A stretch of DNA of 64,000 bases from Pseudobdellovibrionaceae bacterium (GTDB lineage Bacteria > Bdellovibrionota > Bdellovibrionia > Bdellovibrionales > UBA1609), in the NCBI GenBank assembly GCA_043757545.1, contig JAYVPG010000069.1, positions 9,427 to 73,426 of the forward strand. The letters run 5' to 3'. The notes under the pieces were generated by a model that worked only from the letters and a program-made list of their open reading frames with translations, had not been told where the DNA came from and made no database searches. This document shows, piece after piece, positions 1 to 8,977 of this stretch. The translations under genes and the position numbers were made by a program. Position 1 is the stretch's first letter. The number at the start of each line of letters is the position of its first letter.

Positions 1-194
1 AAATTGATTCTTCATCCGCATTGAAAGATGACACCACGACCATGGGCCCAAGCTTGAGCGTCGGATTGCTTTGGCAGTTGACTCCCGCTTTTGCTGTAGG
101 ATTTGAAAATGCGCGCTACTGGGTTTGGTTCTCGAGTGACTACGCAGGCCAGCTGCGCGACGACATGTCGATCAAAGGTCGATTTTCATTCTAA
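1..194 (+). CDS. 3' end of a CDS entering from upstream; probable outer-membrane beta-barrel protein C-terminus
   Basis: The frame is open from the window edge to TAA at 192-194. The translation ...GFENARYWVWFSSDYAGQLRDDMSIKGRFSF* has an alternating aromatic/hydrophobic pattern and a terminal Phe, like an OMP beta-signal. It is absent from the ORF track because it is truncated. Confidence 0.4.
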   Translation, partial: IDSSSALKDDTTTMGPSLSVGLLWQLTPAFAVGFENARYWVWFSSDYAGQLRDDMSIKGRFSF

Positions 195-198
195 GAGT

Positions 199-2022
199 TT
201 AAGCGGCCCGCTTCAGGTTGGCGGTCCAATCCGTAAGGCGTGAGAGCACGCTTTGCGGAGCTTTTTCGAACGCCACACCATAGGCTTTGTTGGCCGCAGA
301 CCATACCACTCGACCTGCGACCTCGACTTTTTCTTGCCCGTCGGGCGAGGAAATGCAAAGCGTGACCAGTCCGCCATCTTGCAGGAGTGCACTCGTATTG
401 ACTTGCGCGCCTCCGAGCGAGAGTGAGCTGACTGAACCGACCAATTCACGATCGCCGACGCTAATTCGCACATCTGAGTTGATCGCAAAGCGCTCGTGCA
501 TGCGCCGATTTTTCGGATCACGCATGCGCACCGAGAGTAAAATCGCGACAGGCAACAACAACAAGACAACGACGACTGAAGCCGTACCGAACGGTGGCTC
601 ACCGTTCTCCGCCAGCGCATTCACTGTTCCACAACCACCGCCACCGGCGATGTTCGAGGCCAGCTCCCGATCCGCTTGATAAGACATGGTGTAAACGGGT
701 TGCGAAGTATCCACTGATGCCGTTTTTGAATAGTTCACGGCATTGTTGGAGTTCAAACGGCCACCGCTAGAGACTTTTCCGTTGAGTTGAGTGATGGCCA
801 CAGTTTGCGCGAGCAAAATCGCGCGCATTTGATGGGGCAACATACTGGGCGACTCCACTTTCATTTGCGCGGCAGTGCCCGAAATAAAGGGAGCCGCCAT
901 ACTGGTGCCCGACGAGGTCCCAAAAGTGTTATTAGGAATCGTACTTAATATATAAACTCCGGGGCTACCGATATGTACCGAAGTCGAACCATAGTTTGAA
1001 AACGAAGCGAGATAGTCATAGTCGGTTGTCGCCGCAACTGAAATCACGTTGGGGACATCGTAGTTTGCAGGATACATTGCCGTTTGATCGTTGCTCGCTC
1101 CGTTGTTCCCTGCCGCCACAACAAAGAGCGCACCTTTATTGTAAGAATATGCGACGGCCTCATTCAAAGCGGCACTATAACTTGGACCACCCCATGAATT
1201 ATTGATGACCGACGCTCCGTTGTTCGCGGCGTAATAGATCGCGCGGATCGCGTTCGAAGTCGTACCGACACCTGAGCCATTTAAAAACTTCAACGGCATA
1301 ATCTTGATCTTCGCTTCTTGTAGCGGAGTCGTATAAATATTTTGGTCGATACTTAAGATAATCCCGGTGACATGGGTTCCGTGATTGTCGTCGTCGTACA
1401 TCGTTGGAGAATTGTCGACAAAGTTCCAGCCGTGGATATCGTCTATATATCCGTTGCTATCATCGTCTATTCCGTTGCCCGGAATTTCGCCGGGGTTAGT
1501 CCACAAGGCCTGTGTGCCTGTGATCACAGAGTGATTGGTATCAAGGCCCGTGTCCACGACGGCGACGATAGGCTTCACTACAGGCACACCGCTACTCGAT
1601 GACCAGACCGATTGAACTCCTATATTTGCGCTGGTCGCTAGATACGCCGACTGAGATTGCACCGCGGCCGCATGTATTTCTTCGCTGCTAAACGTTTGCT
1701 GGATTCCAGTATCGGCGGTTTTATTCAGAATGTAGTTCGGTTCGGCATAGAGAACGTTGGGATCGTGCTTAAGGTCCGTGACTGCCGCCTCTACTGATTG
1801 GCCCTTTTTTAGAGCGTAATGGTAGAGGGACATTTTCCCCCAGGAATTCTTTAACACCATTTCTTTGTCGGATTGAGCTTTGCCCATGAAGGCATAGGAC
1901 TCTGCAGATCCTTTTTGACTCTTGAGTTTGACGATAACTTCGCCTGGAACGTAATCTTGCGCAGACGCCATCGAGCCGACAAAGGCCAATAGCAGTCCTG
2001 AAATAATTGATCGCAAGGTCAC
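199..2022 (-). CDS. Secreted subtilisin-like serine protease (peptidase S8) with C-terminal TM helix and PilZ-like cytoplasmic tail
   Basis: Signal peptide MTLRSIISGLLLAFVGSMASA. S8 motifs: VVDTGLD (Asp), HGTHVTG (His), NNSWGG (oxyanion Asn), GTSMAAPF (Ser). The C-terminus has GGGGCG, then helix VVVVLLLLPVAILL, then RMR, then a tail of about 105 aa carrying RRMHER (RxxxR) and SLSLGG (DxSxxG-like). GTG start with GGAGG upstream. Confidence 0.85.
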   Translation of the reverse strand: MTLRSIISGLLLAFVGSMASAQDYVPGEVIVKLKSQKGSAESYAFMGKAQSDKEMVLKNSWGKMSLYHYALKKGQSVEAAVTDLKHDPNVLYAEPNYILNKTADTGIQQTFSSEEIHAAAVQSQSAYLATSANIGVQSVWSSSSGVPVVKPIVAVVDTGLDTNHSVITGTQALWTNPGEIPGNGIDDDSNGYIDDIHGWNFVDNSPTMYDDDNHGTHVTGIILSIDQNIYTTPLQEAKIKIMPLKFLNGSGVGTTSNAIRAIYYAANNGASVINNSWGGPSYSAALNEAVAYSYNKGALFVVAAGNNGASNDQTAMYPANYDVPNVISVAATTDYDYLASFSNYGSTSVHIGSPGVYILSTIPNNTFGTSSGTSMAAPFISGTAAQMKVESPSMLPHQMRAILLAQTVAITQLNGKVSSGGRLNSNNAVNYSKTASVDTSQPVYTMSYQADRELASNIAGGGGCGTVNALAENGEPPFGTASVVVVLLLLPVAILLSVRMRDPKNRRMHERFAINSDVRISVGDRELVGSVSSLSLGGAQVNTSALLQDGGLVTLCISSPDGQEKVEVAGRVVWSAANKAYGVAFEKAPQSVLSRLTDWTANLKRAA

Positions 2023-2120
2023 GTATCCTCCGTATTACATTCTGGCCGCGTGTACTTATAATCTTATCGGACGAAGGTCCTAATGACTTAGACAATTTTC
2101 TCAAATTCCAACCTTGAACC

Positions 2121-2164
2121 AGAGAAAAATAGAGCGTCTCAGGGTGAGACACTCACTCTGAGAC
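2121..2164 (-). terminator. Candidate rho-independent terminator downstream of the ppiD-like gene
   Basis: GTCTCAG-G-GTGAG / CTCAC-T-CTGAGAC hairpin at 2136-2164 (12 bp plus one mismatch, 3-nt loop). On the minus strand it is followed by GCTCTATTTTTCTCT. Confidence 0.5.
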
Positions 2165-2216
2165 AGTCGGTCGAATTCTGCCAAATTTGCTTTACGTTTT
2201 TTTTATTTTTCGAATT

Positions 2217-3749
2217 TTACTGGAGGATTCTGGGATTGCGCTGCACGGTCGATCCCGCTTCGACTTCCTTCGACCAAGTCTCAATCAGGTCCGAGGATTT
2301 GCGGAAAGCAACAGCTCGATCCGCTCCTTCTGAGGCCGGAGTGGGGGCCGCGGCTTGCTTCCAAGACAAAACGTCGACAATCAAATGACGATCGCGTGTG
2401 CTGATGAGCGTGGGAACAATTCCACCTTGCTTGCCATGCTTCATAACCGCAGCAATCACGTCCTGGCTATCACCGAGCTTGGGAACGGCAGGCGATGAAA
2501 GATCGAACTCGCCACTCTCTTGCCATTTTAAGCCGGCCTTAGCGATCCACGCCTCGACGTCTTTGCGACTCGATTTTTCGAGCATACCGCGCGCTTTTGC
2601 CAGAACTTCATTTTGCTTGGTGCGCAGGATCAGCTTACGCGCAATATCGTTTTGTACAGATTCAAGCGAGGCCATTCCACCTGATGTTTTCTTTTCGGAA
2701 AATATCAAATGATAGCCAAAATTCGTTTTCACCGGCTCGCTGATTTGGCCCGATGACAGCGCGAATGCTGCCTTTTCAAACTCAGGGAGCATCCGGCCTT
2801 TTTCAAACTCACCCAAATCCCCGCCTTTGGCTTTACTGCCGGGATCGTCGCTATTCTGCATCGCAAGTTTGGCAAAATTTTGCGCCGTAGCTTGTTTTTT
2901 TAGGGCCGTCGCGACTTTCAAAGCCTCGGACTCGGTTCGTTTTTCATCGACTCGGATCAGAATATGACGGGCATGAACCTTCTCATTACTGGTGAATTCG
3001 ATAGGGTTGGCTCTATAGTAGGAGTCGATCTCCGACTTACTCACTTTTAGAAACTGCGCCACCTCTTCATCGCTCAAAAATCCCGGGCGTTTAAGATCGT
3101 CGCCAGCGATTTCGACGTACCGTAGGTTCACCTTCTGCGAGCTCAACACGCGCGCGCGACTCAGCTCCTCTTGGGTTGGCGCGGCGGAACCAACAAAGAG
3201 ATCTTGTAACTTCTGCCCGACGATTTGCTTACGAACTTGGCGTTCAAAGTCCTCTGTGCGCAGATTCATATTTTGCAAAAACCCGCGATAACGCTCTTTC
3301 ATAAAACGACCGTTTTCCTGCAAAAAACCAATCTGTAGAATGTAATCGCGAACTTCGGCATCAGTCGCCGCTACTCCACGCTTTTCAGCGGCCTGAAAAA
3401 CCACCTCACCCATGATCAGCTCTTCTAAAGCTCGGCGGCGTAACTCTTGCGAAAACGCCCGGCGCTGCGCCTCTGGAAACTGATCAAATCGCATCTTGGC
3501 ATTCTTTTCGATGCTTTCAACACGGCCACGATATTCGGCCAGTGAGATTGCAGAATCATTGACGACCGCCGCGACCGCACCTGTATTTTGCCCGTACCGA
3601 TCGGGATTCAACCCCATTAACGCAAAGACGACGATAATTGCCGCAAACATGGTCACTGCGATCCAGTGCTTCATGGTTTTTTTAGTCTTTTTGGTAACGG
3701 CACTTGAGGCTTTGGTCGGCGCGCTCGATTTACGAGTTTTGTCGTTCAT
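2217..3749 (-). CDS. ppiD: PpiD-like periplasmic chaperone / parvulin-type peptidyl-prolyl isomerase, membrane anchored
   Basis: The ORF-track 601-aa ORF is trimmed to Met92 (MNDKTRK...). The Lys-rich tail is followed by TM anchor HWIAVTMFAAIIVVFALMG and a SurA-N-like region. Parvulin core: ARHILI...GGDLGEF...FGYHLIF. Confidence 0.8.
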   Translation of the reverse strand: MNDKTRKSSAPTKASSAVTKKTKKTMKHWIAVTMFAAIIVVFALMGLNPDRYGQNTGAVAAVVNDSAISLAEYRGRVESIEKNAKMRFDQFPEAQRRAFSQELRRRALEELIMGEVVFQAAEKRGVAATDAEVRDYILQIGFLQENGRFMKERYRGFLQNMNLRTEDFERQVRKQIVGQKLQDLFVGSAAPTQEELSRARVLSSQKVNLRYVEIAGDDLKRPGFLSDEEVAQFLKVSKSEIDSYYRANPIEFTSNEKVHARHILIRVDEKRTESEALKVATALKKQATAQNFAKLAMQNSDDPGSKAKGGDLGEFEKGRMLPEFEKAAFALSSGQISEPVKTNFGYHLIFSEKKTSGGMASLESVQNDIARKLILRTKQNEVLAKARGMLEKSSRKDVEAWIAKAGLKWQESGEFDLSSPAVPKLGDSQDVIAAVMKHGKQGGIVPTLISTRDRHLIVDVLSWKQAAAPTPASEGADRAVAFRKSSDLIETWSKEVEAGSTVQRNPRILQ

Positions 3750-3882
3750 TGTGTTTTCACTCCGTGGATTTGAATGCCCCCCAGATTCCAAAGTTTTCCG
3801 CAGTTTTTCAAGAAGATTGTTCCGTGTTTTCTCATTCGATCGACGCTGGACATTCGGCGCAAGTCGCCCTAGCCTATTTTCA

Positions 3883-4731
3883 ATGAACTTTTTCACCTTT
3901 GATTTGCGCAAAGTCTTCCTGATTGTCGCCTTGGTCGTCGTCCCCTTGATGGCCATTAACATGCAGCGGAAATCAGAAGAAGAACTCTGGTTTACCAAGC
4001 CCTTCACCTTTGCTGGAGCCATGATGCAGCGGAGCTTCTCGGGTTTTAGCTCAGGGGTGCGCGGGACGACGGCGCTTTATATGGATCTGATCAACGTGAA
4101 AAAGATCAATCAAGACCTCAAAAAGCAGCTAGCAGAACTCAACGCCCAGCTGGGGGCCATGACGGAGCTCAAAATGGAAAACGAGCGGCTCACGCAGCTG
4201 CTGGGATTCCACCACGCTTCGAAAATGACGCTTTTGGCGGCTAGAGTCATTGCGCGCGATCTGCTCCCCGATCACCATACAATCACCGTCGATCGCGGAC
4301 TTTCCCACGGCGTGCAAAAGAACATGGCCGCTCTGACTATCGGTGGCGTGATTGGCTACACCTTCCGCGTCGAGAACGACTCTTCGCAGATTTTACTGCT
4401 GACTGACCGCTATGCGGTTATTGACGCGATTGTCCAACGATCGCGTGCACGGGGTCTTGTGGAGGGATTTAGTCGAAGTGACACCAAACTGCGCTACCTG
4501 AAGCGCAGTGACGACGTCAAAGTGGGCGATCTAGTCGTCACTTCAGGCCTGTTTAATATTTTTCCTAAGGGTTTTCCCATTGGAACGGTGACCTCGATCG
4601 ACAAGAGCAAATACGGGATGACCCAAGAGGTAGAAATCAAACCGGCCGTTGAACCGCTGAATTTAGAGGAGCTCTTTATTGTCCTCAACGCCAATCACCA
4701 GGATATGACTCCGACTGGAGCCGACGAGTGA
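3883..4731 (+). CDS. mreC: Rod shape-determining protein MreC
   Basis: The ORF-track 411-aa ORF is trimmed to ATG 3883 (MNFFTFDLRK...), because the upstream part overlaps the divergent ppiD-like gene. N-terminal TM, coiled-coil LKKQLAELNAQLGAMTELKMENERLTQLLGF, and a C-terminal beta-rich domain. It sits upstream of mreD-mrdA-rodA. Confidence 0.9.
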   Translation: MNFFTFDLRKVFLIVALVVVPLMAINMQRKSEEELWFTKPFTFAGAMMQRSFSGFSSGVRGTTALYMDLINVKKINQDLKKQLAELNAQLGAMTELKMENERLTQLLGFHHASKMTLLAARVIARDLLPDHHTITVDRGLSHGVQKNMAALTIGGVIGYTFRVENDSSQILLLTDRYAVIDAIVQRSRARGLVEGFSRSDTKLRYLKRSDDVKVGDLVVTSGLFNIFPKGFPIGTVTSIDKSKYGMTQEVEIKPAVEPLNLEELFIVLNANHQDMTPTGADE

Positions 4732-5267
4732 AGATCCCATGGTATTGGCTTTTGGGATTGGGCCTGATGACGATGACGGCCTTGATTCTGGCCGCCGCGC
4801 AGACCTCACTTTGGTTTCTAGTGTTTGGGCGATTTCCCTCACCGATGTTTTGGTTGATCATTCTTGTTTACGTCAGCGTGACACGCCCTCTTTGGGAGGC
4901 CACTCTGGTCACCTATTTACTTTGCGCAGTCACTGCCCCTTATACGGTTTTTCCTTTTGAGGCTCTGCTGGTCTACTGCCTAAGCCTGATGGTACTGATG
5001 GTTTTGATTCGCGAGCGCGTGTTTTGGGGCGGGCCCACTTATTTTATGTTGATGGTTGCGGCAGCTTCAGTTTCAGCACCAGTTTTATTTTGGATCACAT
5101 CGCGAGTCATCGACAAAAGTCCGCTCTCGTTCCCAAATATTTTTGATTGGCTGATCTCGGGTTGTTTAACTACGCTGTGCTGCTTACCTATTTATCGATT
5201 GTATCAGTGGTTTGATGTCATAGCCTCGCAAGATGCGGGCGCGGAGAGTCGCGTGGGCCCGCGATGA
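4728..5267 (+). CDS. mreD: Rod shape-determining protein MreD (polytopic membrane protein)
   Basis: 179 aa with multiple hydrophobic helices. It has 4-nt overlaps with mreC and mrdA, the canonical mreCD position. Confidence 0.8.
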   Translation: MKIPWYWLLGLGLMTMTALILAAAQTSLWFLVFGRFPSPMFWLIILVYVSVTRPLWEATLVTYLLCAVTAPYTVFPFEALLVYCLSLMVLMVLIRERVFWGGPTYFMLMVAAASVSAPVLFWITSRVIDKSPLSFPNIFDWLISGCLTTLCCLPIYRLYQWFDVIASQDAGAESRVGPR

Positions 5268-7267
5268 GCGATTTTCTTCAGACCTCAGAAGATGAAGCGA
5301 AGGATTTTCTACCCCGCTATAAAATGCTCTACATTACAATTATCCTGGGCTGCTCGCTGATCGCGGGGCGTTTATGGTTCTTGCAGATTATGCAAGGTTC
5401 GGAGCTGCGCCAGTTCTCTGAGAAGAATCGGGTCAAAGAGACTAAACTGCCGGCACCGCGGGGATTATTTTTAGATCGAGAAAATCGTGTGTTGGTCGAC
5501 AACCTGCCGGGCTTCGATGCCTCGATTCGTCCACAGTACGCAAAGAAGCTCGATGAGACCTCGGACGCGATCGGTGAAATTTTGGGCCAACCCGGTCGAC
5601 GCATTTCCGATGATGTGCGCAAGGCTCAGCGGCGCGACGGTCCATTTCGACCAGTACGAATTCGCGACAACCTTTCGCTCGATCAAGTTTTTCGCCTAAA
5701 ACTGCTGCGCTGGGATCATCCCAGCTTAAGTATCAACGAAGATATTTTACGCTATTATAATTTGGCGGAAAATGGGGCGCAGCTGTTTGGCTATGTCGCG
5801 GAGATCTCGAAAGAGCAAATTCCAAAGTTCAATGAATTCTACCAAGGCAAATTCACTTTTGATCAAGGCGATATTATCGGCAAAAGTGGTCTAGAGGAGA
5901 TGTGGGACACAACGGTCCGCGGACGCGATGGCATCTCTTATGTGGAAGTAGATGCGCGTGGTCGCGAAGCGGTTGGCGAAAAGAGCAGCTATCTTGGCTT
6001 TGAGCCGCTCCCCGCGATTCCCGGTTACAATATGGTCTTGACCATCGACAAAGACATTCAAGAGGCCGCTTACAAAGCCATGCAGCGAACCGATTCGATC
6101 GGACCGCGCATTGGCGGCGTGGTGGTGATGAAATCCAATGGTGAGATTCTGGCATGGGTGAGCACACCGTCCTACGACCCGAATAATTTCTCGACTGGAA
6201 TTCCACCCCAAGTTTGGGCGCAACTGATCAATGACCCGTTTCGCCCTTTGCGCAATAAAGTGATTCAAGATCACTTTTCGCCAGGCTCTACATTTAAACC
6301 GATTGTTGCGCTAGCGGCCTTGCAGGAAAAAATAATTACACCCACAACATTGGTGAGTGCGCCGTCGAGCTTGCGTTTTGGTCGACGGGTCTATCACGAT
6401 CACAGTGAGCATGGTCACGGCAACATCAACGTCATCAAAGCGCTCGAGCTTTCCAGCAATATATTTTTTTATCGAATGGGAATCGCTCTGGGATTTGATC
6501 GCATCGCCCCGTATGCCAAGCTGGTCGGTTTGGGACAAAAAACAAATATCAGTCTGACTCATGAAGTGTCGGGGTTGATCCCGACCTCTGAATGGAAACT
6601 GAAAAAACTAGGTGAGGAGTGGCAGCCCGGAGAAAATCTCTCCAATGCCATCGGCCAAGGTTTCGTTTTAGTCACTGCCCTGCAAATGGCTTTGGCTTAC
6701 AACACGATCGGACTTGAAGGCCAGGTTGTGAAGCCGTTCTTGATCAAAAAAATTCTCAATCAAGACAGCAAAGTCATTCAAGAGTTCGAACCCTCGATTT
6801 TGCGTGACGCCACTCAGCCCAACGAGTTCGGAGTCACCATCGACACGGCCACGTTTAAAACCGTGAAGCAGGGAATGCGTGAGGTGGTCAGCGGCGAAAG
6901 CGGAACCGCCCACCGCGCCCGCGTACTCGGGGTGGATATGGCGGGAAAAACCGGAACCACCCAAGTTCGCTCCTTTTCTGCTGACGAAATTTATAAACGC
7001 TGCGATTCGCGGCCGGTTTTTCAACGTCACCACGGGTGGTTTGTGGCCTTCGCGCCCTATGATAAACCCGAAGTGACGGTCGCTGTTTTGGCCCAGCACG
7101 CCTGCTCGGGAGCAGTGGGCGGCGCGCCTGTCGTGCACGATATTATGCAGGCCTATTTTGAAAAATATCATCCGGAAATGTTGAAAGCCGCCGCCGAGAA
7201 AAAGATTAAGCTCAAACCCGTTGAGTCTGAAAAACCTCCAGCAGCGGTGATCGAGGGGGACGAATGA
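5264..7267 (+). CDS. mrdA: Penicillin-binding protein 2 (elongasome transpeptidase)
   Basis: N-terminal TM. Transpeptidase motifs: STFK (SPGSTFKP), SSN and KTGTT. Located between mreD and rodA. Confidence 0.92.
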   Translation: MSDFLQTSEDEAKDFLPRYKMLYITIILGCSLIAGRLWFLQIMQGSELRQFSEKNRVKETKLPAPRGLFLDRENRVLVDNLPGFDASIRPQYAKKLDETSDAIGEILGQPGRRISDDVRKAQRRDGPFRPVRIRDNLSLDQVFRLKLLRWDHPSLSINEDILRYYNLAENGAQLFGYVAEISKEQIPKFNEFYQGKFTFDQGDIIGKSGLEEMWDTTVRGRDGISYVEVDARGREAVGEKSSYLGFEPLPAIPGYNMVLTIDKDIQEAAYKAMQRTDSIGPRIGGVVVMKSNGEILAWVSTPSYDPNNFSTGIPPQVWAQLINDPFRPLRNKVIQDHFSPGSTFKPIVALAALQEKIITPTTLVSAPSSLRFGRRVYHDHSEHGHGNINVIKALELSSNIFFYRMGIALGFDRIAPYAKLVGLGQKTNISLTHEVSGLIPTSEWKLKKLGEEWQPGENLSNAIGQGFVLVTALQMALAYNTIGLEGQVVKPFLIKKILNQDSKVIQEFEPSILRDATQPNEFGVTIDTATFKTVKQGMREVVSGESGTAHRARVLGVDMAGKTGTTQVRSFSADEIYKRCDSRPVFQRHHGWFVAFAPYDKPEVTVAVLAQHACSGAVGGAPVVHDIMQAYFEKYHPEMLKAAAEKKIKLKPVESEKPPAAVIEGDE

Positions 7268-8406
7268 AAATCGCCGGCGATTTGTTGGGCACCGGCCTAC
7301 AGGTTGAGGAGCGTGGTCGATTTTCACGCCTCGACTTGAATTTTGCGTTTGTGATTCTGGCGCTGAATTTGATTGGATTAATTAATTTATACAGCGCCAC
7401 TCATGGACTTTTTTCTAAAGACAAAATGGATTTATTTTGGATGCAGTTAGTCTGGCTGAGCCTTGGCTGGGGAATTTATCTCGCGATCACTATGATCGAC
7501 TATAAGATTTTTATTCGCGTGGCTTATGTTCTCTATGGACTTAATCTTGGAGCTCTTGCTGCGGTGATGGTCGTCGGAAAAACCTCGCTGGGCGCCACGC
7601 GCTGGCTGGACCTTGGCTTTTTCCGCTACCAACCGTCTGAAACCATGAAACTTATTTTGGTTATGGTGATCGCCAAAATATTTTCTCAACGCGACAGTCG
7701 ACAGGGGCTGGGTATTGTCCAACTCATTCTGCCCGGATTGCTATTTTTTGTTCCGTTTGTGCTAACCGTGAAACAGCCGGATTTAGGAACTGCCCTACTT
7801 CTTACCGCCATCACACTGAGTATGTTGGTTTTTGTGGGAGTGAAACGCGGAATTTTAATTTTCGCGATCATCACTGCCGCGATTGCAGCTCCGATTGTGT
7901 GGAATTTTGGATTAAAAGAATATCAGAAAAATCGAGTCCTTACTTTTCTCTCTCCCGGTCGCGATCCACGCGGCGCAGGCTACAACTCGATTCAAAGTAA
8001 AATTGCCGTAGGCAGCGGAAAAGTATTGGGCAAAGGTTTCCGCAAGGGCACCCAGTCTCAGCTCGAGTTTTTGCCTGAACGCCACACCGATTTTATTTTT
8101 AGCGTTTTAAGTGAAGAACACGGCTTTATAGGAAGCGTCACTACCCTTGGATTATTTTTAATTCTATATTTGATGTCAGTTCGAATCGCCATCCAAGCCC
8201 GCGACAAAATGGGCGCTCTGATCGTGGTAGGGGTTCTTAGCTATATGTTTTGGCATATGTTCGTGAATATGGGGATGGTCATCGGACTAATGCCGATTGT
8301 CGGTGTTCCGATGCCGTTACTCTCTTACGGCGGCTCGAGTATGCTTTCGACAATGACGGGGCTTGGCCTGATTTCGTCGGTGGCGTATCGCCGGTATCTT
8401 TTCTAA
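7264..8406 (+). CDS. rodA: Peptidoglycan glycosyltransferase RodA (SEDS family)
   Basis: FtsW/RodA/SpoVE signature: QSKIAVGSGKVLGKGF...LPERHTDFIFSVLSEEHGFIG. Polytopic. 4-nt overlap with mrdA. Confidence 0.92.
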   Translation: MKIAGDLLGTGLQVEERGRFSRLDLNFAFVILALNLIGLINLYSATHGLFSKDKMDLFWMQLVWLSLGWGIYLAITMIDYKIFIRVAYVLYGLNLGALAAVMVVGKTSLGATRWLDLGFFRYQPSETMKLILVMVIAKIFSQRDSRQGLGIVQLILPGLLFFVPFVLTVKQPDLGTALLLTAITLSMLVFVGVKRGILIFAIITAAIAAPIVWNFGLKEYQKNRVLTFLSPGRDPRGAGYNSIQSKIAVGSGKVLGKGFRKGTQSQLEFLPERHTDFIFSVLSEEHGFIGSVTTLGLFLILYLMSVRIAIQARDKMGALIVVGVLSYMFWHMFVNMGMVIGLMPIVGVPMPLLSYGGSSMLSTMTGLGLISSVAYRRYLF

Positions 8407-8516
8407 CCTCTGGCTCTGGCTCTTCCTCGGTCTCTTATCTCTCCCACTTACCTCTTTCTCCTACCTCAGGTTCCGCAGCAAGAGGCCGAGACGGAGGGTG
8501 AGATCCGAGGAAGATT

Positions 8517-8846
8517 TTAGGAGTATTTTTTGATCATCGCGATAATATTTTCTTTCGGATGATTGCCGACGATTTGATCGACTTCTTTTCCATCTTTAAA
8601 GAGAATCAGGGTCGGAATTCCGCGGACTCCGTATTTTGCGGGGCTCGAGGGATTTTCGTCGACGTTAACTTTTGCGATTTTCACTTTGTCTTTGAGTTCG
8701 CTGGCGATTTCCTCAAGCTTTGGACCGAGTGCTTTGCAGGGACCGCACCATTCCGCCCAAAAATCGACAAGCACCGGTACTGACGCTTGCAGTACATCTT
8801 TATCAAAGGATGAATCAGTCACGGGGGTCGTATTTTGGCCAGCCAT
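8517..8846 (-). CDS. trxA: Thioredoxin
   Basis: 109 aa with the WCGPC active site in a typical Trx context (VDFWAEWCGPCK). Confidence 0.93.
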   Translation of the reverse strand: MAGQNTTPVTDSSFDKDVLQASVPVLVDFWAEWCGPCKALGPKLEEIASELKDKVKIAKVNVDENPSSPAKYGVRGIPTLILFKDGKEVDQIVGNHPKENIIAMIKKYS

Positions 8847-8977
8847 TGGGGGGTCTCCTTAAAGGGACATGTCTTTGGTCCTGACCCTAAAATACAACCG
8901 GCGGCTCCTCGGGAGCAAGTACAGTTGAATTGACCCTATGCATCACTAGCCCGACGTCCGTCAACTTAGAGGGCGAA

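Noticed and set aside
2135-2144. The 10-mer CGTCTCAGGG is shared between the ppiD terminator hairpin (2135-2144) and the arm of the 145-bp element (50085-50094). This hints at a repeat family.
   Set aside because: Only 10 nt match, the flanks diverge, and a match this short is plausibly chance in 128 kb of two-strand sequence.
3496-4022. Long N-terminal extensions of the mreC (from 3496) and ppiD-like (to 4022) ORFs, which overlap each other on opposite strands.
   Set aside because: The extensions have no recognisable features. Internal starts (ATG 3883 and Met92 at 3749) give canonical N-termini (TM anchor, Lys-rich tail) and remove the overlap.
6668-7327. A 219-aa antisense ORF inside mrdA. 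Similar shadow ORFs lie at 20045-20629 (alternative frame of lpxC), 15138-15701, 44287-44817, 46203-46751 and 62673-63272.
   Set aside because: They lie entirely within well-supported genes. Their Arg/Ser/Pro-rich composition is odd, and they have no motifs or plausible starts. They are typical shadow ORFs.
8421-8518. CT-rich and AG-rich complementary 10-mers (TCTTCCTCGG at 8421-8430 and CCGAGGAAGA at 8505-8514) followed by TTTT, between rodA and trxA. This could be a terminator.
   Set aside because: The arms are 74 nt apart and several alternative pairings exist. The structure is too loose to call an intrinsic terminator with confidence.
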